Assembly: GCA_965218095.1 (NCBI GenBank)
Contig: OZ244587.1
Location: 2,176,001 to 2,240,000 of the forward strand
Reading direction: 5' to 3'
Source of the DNA: Candidatus Poribacteria bacterium
GTDB taxonomy: Bacteria > Poribacteria > WGA-4E > PCPOR2b
Length of the DNA: 64,000 nucleotides
Positions 11,601 to 21,900 of the stretch are shown here, piece after piece (position 1 is the stretch's first letter; each line of letters begins with the position of its first letter). The position numbers and the translations under genes are program-made. The notes under the pieces were generated by a model that was not told the origin of the DNA, searched no databases, and saw only the letters and a program-made list of their open reading frames with translations.

Positions 11601-12106
11601 GTTACGATATGTACTGCAAGCTTCTTGAGGAAGCCGTACAAAAGCTCAAAGGCGAAGAAGTCGAGGAAACGGTCGAAACGCGAATCAACCTGCCCATCGA
11701 AGCCTATCTGCCCGACGAGTGCGTGCCTGACAGTCGGCAGAAGGTCGCGCTCTATAAAAAGATCGCTGCCTTGAAGACAGAAGTGGATCGGAAAGAACTT
11801 GAAGAGGAGATGGTGGATCGATATGGCAAAATCCCAGAACCGGTTCAAATGCTCCTCGAAATTGCCGATTTGAAACAGCTCAGTCAGCGGCTCGGCATCG
11901 ATGGAATCGTCGCGAGTGGGGAGGGCATCAAAATCACGTTTGACAAAGAAAAGCTAGGTGTTGAACCCCGTAAGCTCATTCAACTCGTCCAACAAGATCA
12001 ACGGATCTCACTCTCGCCTCCTGCGCGCATAGCGATCAGTATGAGAGGGCTAGAGGGGAAAACGCTCCTACTCGCACTCAAGAAGATCTTAGGTCGGTTA
12101 ATGTGA
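8624..12106 (+). CDS. mfd: Transcription-repair coupling factor
   Basis: UvrB-like N-terminus, CarD/RID domain (GDHVVHVSHGIG), CGDVGYGKTEVA, DEEHRFG, QLRGRVGR, TRCF C-terminal domain; GTG start at 8624 likely. Confidence 0.97.
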   Translation: MIDLLHQTDTYQSLVESLTAQFSYSNRSASDRQIDFPKPWLRGLHGASISYLLSALAADFSDKSFLIVLPTQHEAEKIIQDLPAYQFEGAHLFPEWQHFLYDGISPTPKVVAERMICLHQLLKEEHSVIITSIKALMHKILPKSVLESAFLTLHIGDELDPDKVVEQLLRSGYQRVDLVEVKGEFACRGDILDVYPLTTDAPVRIEFFGDEIDAIRSFDPASQRSLSGGIDNGSDAITLSPVREIILAPEVLDQWKTHANELVQNNESPKYRNAVNEITQRLEMRMDLEGLEALLPMLYSDTSLLTDFLPPQTVVFLIEPVWMAREGDQIIESTGALYERKLAFDQFMVPPDETFASFQSVISVLRDYPLVRTSLTLPTPGGNEQIKEIDFGIGPLGLPHSNYQMVMDTIKGWTDEGYFVNFFCDNPKGATRLNNILTDRDLPATQTAVSVGSISEGFLSETLKRIALSEHELFGREHRRRRKTPFKEGAPILSLIDLKEGDHVVHVSHGIGLYAGIRRLDIDGKPQDFLVLNYADGDKLYVPTYQIDLVHKYIGGKEDGKLRLDKLGGTSWQRVKARVKTSIEQMAEELLELYAIRESRDGYAFTTDAPWQQEFEVLFPYEETPDQQKAIEEVKADMERPRSMDRLICGDVGYGKTEVALRAAFKAVMAGKQVALLAPTTILTLQHFNTFQQRFDPFPVQVEMLNRFRTDKEGRMVKEELANGTVDIVVGTHALLSNNIKFHDLGLLVVDEEHRFGVRHKEKIKQMKQSVDVLTLTATPIPRTLHMSLVGIRDFSIINTPPENRLPIETYVMQYNPDVVRDAILREMDRGGQIFFVHNRVQSIASIATAIQDLVPQARVCVAHGQMPERQLEKVMMDFINYKYDILVCTMIIESGVDIPNVNTILINRADALGLAQLYQLRGRVGRDQYQAHGYLFYPPGRAITEGAQKRLRVIEEFTDLGSGFKIALRDLEIRGTGNILGSEQHGHIIAVGYDMYCKLLEEAVQKLKGEEVEETVETRINLPIEAYLPDECVPDSRQKVALYKKIAALKTEVDRKELEEEMVDRYGKIPEPVQMLLEIADLKQLSQRLGIDGIVASGEGIKITFDKEKLGVEPRKLIQLVQQDQRISLSPPARIAISMRGLEGKTLLLALKKILGRLM

Positions 12107-12138
12107 AACGTCATCATTTTCAGGAGGTACTTCACTAA

Positions 12139-13434
12139 ATGAAAACATTTCGTTTGTTCGTCCTCATCCTATTCATTGCGCATCTTGGAATTAATTCTGC
12201 ACTTGCGCGAGGGTTTGATCAGATTATCGCTTATGTCAACGATAGTGTGATTACCAAATGGGAGCTCGACAGCGTTGTGAAGCAAAAAGCGCTGGAACTC
12301 CAGCAACTCTACCGTTTCAGCGAGCGCGAAGCAATGCAAAGGGCGGAACAGGAACGTGCTAAACTTCTTAATCAATTGATCCGTCAGATGCTCCTTGTCG
12401 AAACGGCATTAACGCTAAAAATTGAGATTACCGAAGCCGAGGTAGACCAATATGTCCAGAACTTTAAGGATCAGTACCAGATCGACACAGAGGCGGCGCT
12501 CATTGAAGCATTGAACAAAGAAGGCTATACCCTTATCGCTTTCTGTGAGCAAGCCAAGCGTAACTTGATGGCGGAACGACTTGTGATGCAGCGCATTCTG
12601 CCAAGGCTCCAGATCCGGGATTCGGATGTGCAGAAGTTTTTTGAAGAAAATCGCGCGCAATTCACAACTAAGGCGGACAAAGTGCATCTTCGACATATCT
12701 TCGTTGCCTTCAAACCGACCGAGGTGGATCAACAACTTGCGCTCCAAACAATCCATTCAATCATTCAGGAAGTCAAAGCCGGCAAAGATTTTGAGACGCT
12801 TGCGCGGCGCTACGCTGGCAGTGAGCATAGAAAAGAAAGCGTTGGGACATTGACTGAACTGCCGGTTGCTGAGGTGAGCAAGCTTTCTGATACCTTCCGC
12901 AGTGCACTTTCAACACTCAATGCCGGCGAGCTCAGTGAGCCGGTTGAAGGGGTTGATGGGCTTTACCTGTTCAAAGTTGAAGACAGAGATGAGCGAATAA
13001 TCAAGTTTCGTTATCTTGTTGTCGGTCTGAAGCCGAGCGAGGAAGCAATTCAGGCAGCCTATCAACGTGCAGATCGCCTCCTCCAGAAGTTAAATCAAGG
13101 CGAAGACTTCAATCTGCTCGCTCAGCAATATTCTGAAGATCTGGAAACGAAAGCCAATAGCGGAGATCTCGGGATTCATTCGCTCAACGAGCTAAGCCCC
13201 CAAACGCGGAAAATTATCGAAGGGCTTTCTATCGGGAAATACAGCACACCGGTCAAAACGACACACGGCTTACATATTTTCAAGATCGATAGCCGCGCTG
13301 CTCCGGAGTTGAGCGAAGCCGAAAAGAACCAGATCCGGGTTATGCTGCGGCAGCAAAAATTTCAAGAGGAATGGAACGTTTACACCGATATGCTTATGGA
13401 GCATTCCTTCATTAAGATCAAACCGATTGAGTAA
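12139..13434 (+). CDS. SurA-like periplasmic chaperone / parvulin PPIase
   Basis: Signal peptide, IIAYVNDSVIT SurA N-domain, two rotamase modules (VHLRHIFV, FNLLAQQYSED...GDLG, GLHIFKI). Confidence 0.85.
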   Translation: MKTFRLFVLILFIAHLGINSALARGFDQIIAYVNDSVITKWELDSVVKQKALELQQLYRFSEREAMQRAEQERAKLLNQLIRQMLLVETALTLKIEITEAEVDQYVQNFKDQYQIDTEAALIEALNKEGYTLIAFCEQAKRNLMAERLVMQRILPRLQIRDSDVQKFFEENRAQFTTKADKVHLRHIFVAFKPTEVDQQLALQTIHSIIQEVKAGKDFETLARRYAGSEHRKESVGTLTELPVAEVSKLSDTFRSALSTLNAGELSEPVEGVDGLYLFKVEDRDERIIKFRYLVVGLKPSEEAIQAAYQRADRLLQKLNQGEDFNLLAQQYSEDLETKANSGDLGIHSLNELSPQTRKIIEGLSIGKYSTPVKTTHGLHIFKIDSRAAPELSEAEKNQIRVMLRQQKFQEEWNVYTDMLMEHSFIKIKPIE

Positions 13435-13446
13435 AGGAAAGGAAGG

Positions 13447-16400
13447 ATGGAAAGGAGGGAAAAAAGGGGAAAGGGGAAATGGAAGGATGTCGAAGGAAAT
13501 GGAAGATATTTAATTTACCGGTTTCCGTATTCCCTCATTTTCCAATTGCTGAATTGTTGCTTTTGTCTCAGGTTTTACGCTTCACGTTTCACGTTTTACA
13601 GTTCTGTCCCAAGAGCCCCGATCACAAATCGGAATCCGCCCCGAGCCATCGGGGTTTCACGCCTTACGTTCCATACCTTGCCTTTCACGCTTTACATCTT
13701 ATCCATCACGATTCTCACTTTCTGTTTAATCTTGCCAACCGGCGAATTAGCTGCTCAAGAACCTCCCCCGCCGATCGCTGATGACGATGCCTCCGAAACG
13801 AAGACTGAGGAGGCATCAGAAACCCCTCCAGACACAGATCAATCCGTACCCGAGGCGTCCACTGATGACGATGCAGCCGAGCCGTCACCTGAAGACGCAT
13901 CAGAGCCTCCTCCAACTACAGATCAACCCGCACCTGAAGAACCCGCTGATGTCAGCAGGAGTCTCGATCCAGCAAACATGTCTCCCGAAGAAGGTGAGCT
14001 CATTGCGAAGGGCGATGATCTGAGTTTTCATAACAACCTGATCCAGATCCATGGCAATGGGCTGATCAAATACGAAGAGATTGTCCTTTACGCTGACCAT
14101 ATCTGGGCGGATTTCAATGAAAATGTTATGCGTGCCGCGGGAAACGTGCGTCTCCTGATTGAAAACGAAGAAACCTTTGCAAACGAGTTAATTTACAACA
14201 TTGCAACGAAGAAAGGGATCATACGCGAAGGATTTACATACAGCGATCCATGGTACTATCGCGGCTCTGAAATCTTCAAGGTCGAAGATGATGAATCCTA
14301 CATCCGCGGCGGTTCACTGACGACATGTTCTCTCAAACACCCGCATTTTTACTTCAGTGCATCGCAGATCATTGTCAAGATTAACAAGGAACTGATCGCC
14401 AAGCATGTTGTCCTCCGGGTAGGAGGCATCCCGCTTTTCTATTTTCCCGCCTATCGCCGGGATCTGCGCCAGGAAGATAAAGTTGCGAAAATAATCGTTA
14501 AGATCGGGATGGGCAGTTATCAGGGGGCGTTCCTCAGCGTTATCTTGCCACTTTCGCGGGCCCATCGATTTAACGGTGCACTTCTGTTTGATCAGTCGAG
14601 CCGCCGGAGACGTGGCGCAGGCTATGATGGGGGATACCGCCTGAACGATGTTAAGTTCCAGGAGATCCTTATCCCATTACCGCCCGGGGTAACACCGAGC
14701 GATCGGACAAAGCTCGAAGAAAAAGCGGAGGAACTATCGGATCGGTTACAGGGGAAGTACGACAGATATAAGCTGAGGCAGATTTTCCTAGAATATAAGA
14801 TTAACGAAGAAGACATCGCAACCGGGCGCGAAAAAGCGGAAGAAGTCTACACGCAACTGCAAGCGGAAGACGCAGATTTCGCAGAGATTGCCGAGGATAA
14901 CTCTACCCATCAGGACACACGCTACCAAGGCGGAGATATGGGATTTTTGGTGCGCAGAGAGCGCGATAAGGAAGGCGAGCTTAGACTCGATCCAATCTTA
15001 GAGGAAGCAGTCTTTCAACTGCAACCAGGCGAAATCACTCCAATTTTGCGGACAGAGTTTGCCTTCCATATCCTGACAGTAGATCGTGAGCTCGATGTGT
15101 ACGATGAACGAGAAATTCAGGTTCGTCGGATCGACATCGCAATCGAGGCAAGCCAGGAAACCCGGGATGCCATTCAGAATACGGCAAAGGAAATCCATGC
15201 GCGGGCAAGCGTAGGAGAACCTCTAGCGCAATTGTCCATGGAATATGAAGATGCTGAATTTTCGGAAGTCAACGAGGGCCAGGGGTTGCTGTTAAATGAG
15301 ATGGATCGGCGTTGGCAATACTCGGTGAAGCGGCTTGAGCAGCCCGGCGAAATAACGCGGACAGTGAATACGGACCGAGGTGTCTACCTTTTCGAGCTAA
15401 TCGAAAAGGAACCAACGCCGAGCTTTGAGGAGGTGGCTCGCCAGTTTGAAGCGGAGTGGGAAACGTGGAAGACGGAAGTTGGGATACTAGAAGAACCGGA
15501 AGACGAGATAGGTGGACGAGGAGAAAAAGTGGATGGAGGGACGGAAGAAGGGAAGGAGGAAAGAAAGAAAGGAGGAAAGAAGGGAAGGTTGGAAGAGGAG
15601 AAAGAAGGAGACAAGGAAGATAAAGGCGGACAAGGAGACAGGAATACAGGAACACAAGAAGATAATACGCAACACGCAATACACAATACGCAGGACGATG
15701 ATATAGCAGGTCAAGCGGACGAAGAAAAGCAGGAAGAAGGGGTGCAAGTTTATCAACAACACGGCTTCCAAGGACGCTGGGAAACGCCGCGTGAAATTTA
15801 CTCGCAGACGCAGCGACTCGATCGCGGTGAGGCGAGCCGGGTCACCAAAACCCGTAAGGGATTTCATGTGATCAAGGTGGATAAAAAACGCACCTACAGA
15901 GGAGACATCTATTTCTATACCAATGATGAATTTTCATTTAATCGCCGGAATCCGTTCAAAACCGGACAACGATGGACTTTGCGGTGGGGGCACCGACACG
16001 CTATCTATACTCCCTGGGACAGCCGAGAGAAAGGACGACGGCCTGTGAGTTTTGTGGGGCGTGTGGCGTGGCGAGCAAAGGATTTCAAAGAGGAGGGGTT
16101 TGGAACCAATGAATCTACGGTTAATTCTTTTGGTATGCTCACATGGGGGGCGGCCTTTAAACCACTCGATTATGATGATAGAGACGAGGACGGAAATTTG
16201 AAATTTTCGTTCAAGACAATCGGGGAGTTCCTAGGGCGTTTTCAGATTAATCACACCTTGGATCTCACAGGTGAGGGGACAACAACCCTGCAAAAGCTAC
16301 CTGCACTCGAACTTTCACTTTCACGCATGCGCTTGAGTCGGCTCCCTGTGTTCAAAACCCTCAACTCGGGGTTGACCAAAGTTGCAGACATACTACACAC

Positions 16401-17559
16401 CGATTTTCCGATCGTTTCGATGGTTGGTATCCCGACGCTTGAAGACATGAGCTTCGATCTCGATTTGGGCCTCGGCAACTTTTTCCGTGAGAGGTTTCGA
16501 GAGAAGGAAGACATCTTCTTACAAACCATGGACCTCGGTTTTGACCTTCGTAAACAATCGACACTACAAGTCATACCGAACCGCGAGTTACGCCTCGATC
16601 TAGATTTCGACACGAACCTCATCTGGCATGACAAAGACCAGGAAGGAAATCGGAATATTTTCCGTGGTGTGTATAGCACGCGGGTGGCTGCCAGGAATAC
16701 TCTTTTTCGGATTTATGACATCAGTTTCATTCCGGGGGCGCGTCGTATGCGCCATCAAATCAACTCAAGGCTGACATTTGACTTTGCGCCGCCTGTTGAC
16801 AGAGAAGATAGTCCGATGCTCTATCCGTTTGGCCCAAGCGTCTACTTCTTTGAAAGAAAAAGGCTCTCCTACAACTTTGATACCAGCATCGAAGTAAAGA
16901 CTCGTCGCAGCAGATCTGCCCTCCGTGTACTTCATTTTGATACACGGATATCGACAGATTTCACGAGATCTGAGGCATTAGGCGAGCGGAGATATATACC
17001 GATTGAAAGCAGGCTAACGATTGTCCCGTTGGCAAGCCGAAATTTGAACATTAGAATCAAGACGACACACGATCCGAATGAGTCACTAATTGATGGGAAG
17101 CGGTTCAAACAGGTCGGTTTCCGATCCAACATGAGTTACCGGCGGAAGAAATGGAATGTAACGCTCGGAAATGCCTTTACTAAAAGGACACGACGCGCCT
17201 CTCGAAGTATCACGGGGAGTTTTCGATACCGTCCAAGCCCCTTATTGGAATTTGACTTCAGCACCAATTATGACTGGATTGAAAAGCAGTTCTACTCGCA
17301 AGGTATAACGATACGACGAAATTTGCACGGTTGGAATATGACGATTAGATGGAACCGGATTGGGATTAAGCGAGACCCTCCCTTTGATAATGTACGGCAA
17401 GACTTCACATTTCAGGTGAACCTGATCGCGGAGCCTGCTGCTTCAGTTGGGCTTGGCTATGACGCCACGACAGACACATGGGGATTCCGCAGCCTGCCCG
17501 CTGGCGTGCCTTACAACGCCTTTGGCGCCGGGAACTCACTGGGACGGTCGTACTTCTAA
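13447..17559 (+). CDS. LptD/OstA-like LPS-assembly outer membrane protein with inserted parvulin domains (start uncertain)
   Basis: OstA-like jellyroll, SLTTCSLKHPHFYF and GIPLFYFP LptD motifs, C-terminal beta-strands (IRRNLHGW); rotamase motifs between about 14650 and 15900; the 5' region is repeat-derived. Confidence 0.8.
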   Translation: MERREKRGKGKWKDVEGNGRYLIYRFPYSLIFQLLNCCFCLRFYASRFTFYSSVPRAPITNRNPPRAIGVSRLTFHTLPFTLYILSITILTFCLILPTGELAAQEPPPPIADDDASETKTEEASETPPDTDQSVPEASTDDDAAEPSPEDASEPPPTTDQPAPEEPADVSRSLDPANMSPEEGELIAKGDDLSFHNNLIQIHGNGLIKYEEIVLYADHIWADFNENVMRAAGNVRLLIENEETFANELIYNIATKKGIIREGFTYSDPWYYRGSEIFKVEDDESYIRGGSLTTCSLKHPHFYFSASQIIVKINKELIAKHVVLRVGGIPLFYFPAYRRDLRQEDKVAKIIVKIGMGSYQGAFLSVILPLSRAHRFNGALLFDQSSRRRRGAGYDGGYRLNDVKFQEILIPLPPGVTPSDRTKLEEKAEELSDRLQGKYDRYKLRQIFLEYKINEEDIATGREKAEEVYTQLQAEDADFAEIAEDNSTHQDTRYQGGDMGFLVRRERDKEGELRLDPILEEAVFQLQPGEITPILRTEFAFHILTVDRELDVYDEREIQVRRIDIAIEASQETRDAIQNTAKEIHARASVGEPLAQLSMEYEDAEFSEVNEGQGLLLNEMDRRWQYSVKRLEQPGEITRTVNTDRGVYLFELIEKEPTPSFEEVARQFEAEWETWKTEVGILEEPEDEIGGRGEKVDGGTEEGKEERKKGGKKGRLEEEKEGDKEDKGGQGDRNTGTQEDNTQHAIHNTQDDDIAGQADEEKQEEGVQVYQQHGFQGRWETPREIYSQTQRLDRGEASRVTKTRKGFHVIKVDKKRTYRGDIYFYTNDEFSFNRRNPFKTGQRWTLRWGHRHAIYTPWDSREKGRRPVSFVGRVAWRAKDFKEEGFGTNESTVNSFGMLTWGAAFKPLDYDDRDEDGNLKFSFKTIGEFLGRFQINHTLDLTGEGTTTLQKLPALELSLSRMRLSRLPVFKTLNSGLTKVADILHTDFPIVSMVGIPTLEDMSFDLDLGLGNFFRERFREKEDIFLQTMDLGFDLRKQSTLQVIPNRELRLDLDFDTNLIWHDKDQEGNRNIFRGVYSTRVAARNTLFRIYDISFIPGARRMRHQINSRLTFDFAPPVDREDSPMLYPFGPSVYFFERKRLSYNFDTSIEVKTRRSRSALRVLHFDTRISTDFTRSEALGERRYIPIESRLTIVPLASRNLNIRIKTTHDPNESLIDGKRFKQVGFRSNMSYRRKKWNVTLGNAFTKRTRRASRSITGSFRYRPSPLLEFDFSTNYDWIEKQFYSQGITIRRNLHGWNMTIRWNRIGIKRDPPFDNVRQDFTFQVNLIAEPAASVGLGYDATTDTWGFRSLPAGVPYNAFGAGNSLGRSYF

Positions 17560-17802
17560 TGGCAGCGACAAAGAAATCGTAGTCGTGCCACAACAATTGT
17601 TTACCTAATCGTTTACCGAGATTCGCTAAAAACACGACTTTCACTACCTTTTCATCGCTTTTTCGTCACCTCCAGTGCAATGGCAACGCTGGTGAAAAGG
17701 CGGCGTTTTTTCGTAATGTCGGATTTTCCCCATAACCCGACATTAGAGCCCCCGGAGGCGTTAACATCTGAGGGAGTCAGCAGACAGGTGATCGGATCAT
17801 GC

Positions 17803-18190
17803 TAAATCGAGACCACTCCCAACGCATCGTGCACCGAACGTTCCTCGACAATCTTTCCAACCCGAGTCCGATAGACACTGACGCCGGTGGTCGTCACTGG
17901 GACGCCGGTTCGGTGATGTCCTCAAACTTGCCGCGAAACGACTAGCAGTTGGCTACCTAGTCCGCTTCGGCAATCATATCCTCGACGACAATCTGTATTT
18001 CAGAATAGGCATTGCGGAGAACAGATACGAACTCCTTGTAACCCTCGGGGCCTTTGACTTCCATTTTTATCGACGGATTGTGGTAGACATAATTTGGGGC
18101 AATCAGTTGGTCTACCACGTCCACATTTCCCTGATTCCACATCGTTTCAAACAAACGGCGAACGATTTCTTTTTTCTCTCCAGTTGACAT
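17803..18190 (-). pseudogene. Ester cyclase (SnoaL-like) family, disrupted
   Basis: ORF 17957..18190 stops at TAG after EDMIAEAD; the downstream remnant TTTGVSVYR..GKIVEERSVHDALG is still readable. Confidence 0.75.
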
Positions 18191-18290
18191 AATCTCCTCC
18201 TTGCAAAGCAGGATTCCGGCGGGATCACCCAGACAGATCTCCCAGACTCTGCTAAACTGAACGTGATGTGAAAAATGGCGTCAAATCCCG

Positions 18291-18395
18291 TTATGAATGA
18301 ATCGTCATAGTCATGATGGTCCCACCGCCGGGGGCGTTTTCAACGGAAACCTCATCAACGAGGGAATGCATCAGATACATGCTCCATTCCTACCA
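18291..18395 (-). pseudogene. C-terminal fragment of an RsbW-like anti-sigma/HATPase protein
   Basis: Manual translation WSMYLMHSLVDEVSVENAPGGGTIMTMT. Confidence 0.45.
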
Positions 18396-18549
18396 TTTTT
18401 TCCTTCCCTTTTGCTCGTTTCTTAACTACTTCAGCCTTGTCCCGGCCCACCGGGGCAAGGCTTCTTTCATGCCGTAGATCTATCAGCAGCGACGAACTTT
18501 TCGACACACAAGGCTTTCTCAGATCCGTTCATTTCTCATGAACTTTCTA

Positions 18550-18578
18550 TTGACTACTTAACGTATATATGCTATATT
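18550..18578 (+). promoter_or_regulatory. Sigma70-type promoter upstream of uvrA
   Basis: TTGACT-17nt-TATATT with an extended TG. Confidence 0.5.
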
Positions 18579-18743
18579 TAAGGCTTGTGAAATTGCGAAG
18601 ACATGTTATCAAGTTCATTTCCTTTGGACGCACGCCGGAATCCACCCTTCTCATCACGGTGAAAAAGGCATTGCCCACGCCTGTAATCTATGGTAAAATC
18701 GGACTTATCAACTACTCAGTGAGAATCGTAAGGCGGTTCTATC

Positions 18744-18968
18744 ATGAGCTTATTAGCAGTCAGAAGAATTTACGAAAACGGGGTTGTACACCCTTTAGGC
18801 CCACTTCCGAATATTCCCCAATCTCAAGTAATCATCACTTTTTTAGTCGATGAACCTGCCGGCGATTTTGAAACATTCTCAGTCAAGGCAGGAAAATACT
18901 TCAACCATAAGGAGTACCTATGCCCGACGAATTCATCGACATCCGTGGCGCATGCGAACATAACCTGA
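18744..18968 (+). CDS. Small DUF104/AF2212-like antitoxin-type protein, possibly a remnant
   Basis: AVRRIYENGVVHPLGPL...SQVIITFL pattern; overlaps the uvrA start by 49 nt. Confidence 0.45.
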   Translation: MSLLAVRRIYENGVVHPLGPLPNIPQSQVIITFLVDEPAGDFETFSVKAGKYFNHKEYLCPTNSSTSVAHANIT

Positions 18969-21900
18969 AAAATATCGATCTCAAGCTTCCCAAAGATAAG
19001 CTCATTATCTTCACCGGTGTCAGCGGCTCGGGGAAGTCATCGCTAGCATTCGATACAATCTATGCAGAAGGACAACGTCGCTATATCGAATCCCTCTCCG
19101 CGTATGCCCGTCAGTTTCTAGGGCAACTGGAAAAACCCGATGTCGATTTCATCGGTGGGCTCTCCCCCTCAATCTCAATCGATCAGAAGTCAACGGGCAA
19201 TAACCCTCGTTCAACTGTCGCAACCATCACGGAAATCTACGATTACCTGCGCGTACTGTTTGCGCGTGTTGGCACGCCGCATTGTCTGCGGTGTGGCCGA
19301 CCTGTGGGCGTCCAAACAGTGGAGGCGATCATCGACCAGATCGTGAATCTGCCGCAGCGGACGCGGATTCTGATCCTTGCGCCGATCGTCAGTGGGCGGC
19401 GTGGCGAGTACCGCGACGATCTTGAGGATGCACTCAAGGCGGGGTTTGTGCGTGCCCGGATTGATGGACAGATCTACGACCTGTCGGACGAAATTCAGCT
19501 TGACCGGAACCAGCGCCACAACATTGAGATCGTGGTTGACCGGATTATCATCAAACCGGATGGCCGCAGCCGCATCGCAGAAGCCGTTGAAACCGCACTG
19601 CGCATGGGGGAAGGTCGCTTGATTGTCAACATCATTGAAGGACAGCCGGAGGCCGAGGATCTCTTGTTCGGGGTGGACTATACCTGTGTGAATTGCAACA
19701 TCAGCTATGAACCGCCTGCCCCACGTCAGTTTTCCTTCAACAGTCCTGCGGGGATGTGCTCAACCTGCAAGGGGCTCGGCACGAAAACGGAGATCTCCCC
19801 CGATCTGGTCGTGCCTGATCCGACCAAATCAATTCGGGAAGGAGCGATTATCTTTTGGGGACGACTTGACACGCTGCAGACACAGCACCTCGCCGTTAGC
19901 CTGGCACAACACCTCGACTTTAGCCTCGACGCTCCATGGGAACAGTTAACCGATGAGCAGAAGCGGGTTATTCTTTATGGCGCCGGCAGGGAGAAGATCC
20001 CCTTTGTCTATCAATCCCGCCGAAACCGTCGCTATAAGTATGAGGCAGCATTTGAAGGCGTGATTCCTACCGAAGAACGGAAATACTTCCAGGCAACTTC
20101 GGAGATCATGACGCGGTATCTTGCAAAATACATGGTCTCTGGCGTCTGCCCGGATTGCAACGGAACTCGACTCAAGCCAGAGGTAAAGGCCGTAACAATC
20201 GCCGGGAAATCGATCCTGGATGTGGTCGAAATGGCGGTTGGGGATTGCTTTAAGTTCTTCGAGAAACTCCAACTGCCGGAGCGCGAGGCATTCATTGCGA
20301 CAGGTCTGTTGAAAGAGATCAAGGGACGCCTCTGGTTCCTGATGAATGTTGGGCTGCACTACCTCACTTTGGACCGCACCGCCCCGACGCTCTCAGGGGG
20401 AGAATCGCAGCGCATTCGGTTAGCCAGCCAGATCGGGACAGGCTTGCGCGGCGTGATCTATGTCCTCGATGAGCCAAGCATTGGCTTGCACCCACGTGAT
20501 AATGCGCACCTTCTCACAACGCTCAAGCACCTGCGCGATCAGGGCAACACCGTGGTTGTCGTCGAGCACGATCAAGATACGATGTGGGCAGGAGATGTGA
20601 TCGTCGATTTCGGGCCGGGGCCGGGAATCAAAGGCGGGGAGATTGCCGCAATTGGTTCTCCACAAGAAATTGCTGAGAATTCGACTTCACTGACAGCACA
20701 ATATCTCCGGGGGGAACAGCAGATCGAGATTCCTGCTGAACGCCGCTCAATTGGAAATCGCTGGCTTGAGATCTGCGGCGCACGTCACAATAATCTCAAA
20801 GACATTGATGTGCGAATCCCAATCGGGGTTTTCACCTGTGTGACAGGGGTCAGTGGTTCTGGCAAAAGTTCGTTGATTAACGATATTCTATACCAGGCGC
20901 TTGCTCGAGATCTGATGAAAGCACACGCGCAGCCGGGAGAGTATGGGAACATCCGGGCAATTATCTTCAAGGAAAAGAAGAACGAGGGAGAAGAAGTCCT
21001 GGAGTTCAGAGCCTGCCCCGATCTATCGGGGAGTTCAGGGCTTCAGGAGTTCATTGATGTAGCATCCGCAATTGATAAGGTCATCGACATTGATCAGACG
21101 CCGATCGGACGGACACCGAGATCGAATCCCGCTACCTACACCAAAGTATTTGACCACATCCGTGCGCTTTATGCAGATCTCCCTGAGTCGAGATTGCGCG
21201 GTTACAAGCAGGGACGGTTCAGTTTCAATGTCAAGGGTGGTCGATGCGAAGCCTGTGAAGGCAATGGTTCAAAGCGGGTCGAGATGCACTTTATCGCCGA
21301 TGTGTGGGTCAGGTGCAATGTTTGTCAGGGCAAGCGTTATAACGACGAAACGCTGCAAGTCAAATACAGAGGGACAAGCATTGCCAATGTTCTCAATATG
21401 GATGTGCAAGAGGCTTTGGAACACTTTGCAAACGTCCCGAAGATCGCGAAGATTTTACAAACGCTGCACGACGTCGGGTTGGACTACATCAAACTCGGAC
21501 AACCTGCCCCCACGCTTTCCGGCGGGGAAGCCCAACGGATTAAGCTAGCACGTGAACTTGCCAAACGGAGTACCGGCAAAACGCTCTACATTCTCGACGA
21601 GCCCACGACCGGATTGCACTTTGACGATGTGAAAAAACTGCTTGAGGTGCTGCACCAGCTTGTCGATGCGAGCAATACTGTTGTCGTCATTGAGCATAAC
21701 CTTGAGGTGGTCAAGACTGCGGACTACCTCATCGATCTTGGACCCGAAGGTGGCGAAGAGGGAGGCTATGTCGTCGCAGTTGGCACACCAGAAGAAGTGG
21801 CGGTGGTCGAGGCGTCGTATACGGGGCTAGTGTTGAAGCCTGTATTGAATCAGGGAAGGAAGGAAGGAGGGAAGGAGAGTTCAAGAGTGCAAGGGTTCAG

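Noticed and set aside
10976-11848. Long antisense ORFs (also 37771..38817 and many shorter ones)
   Set aside because: Shadows of mfd, tricorn and other real genes, with no recognisable motifs
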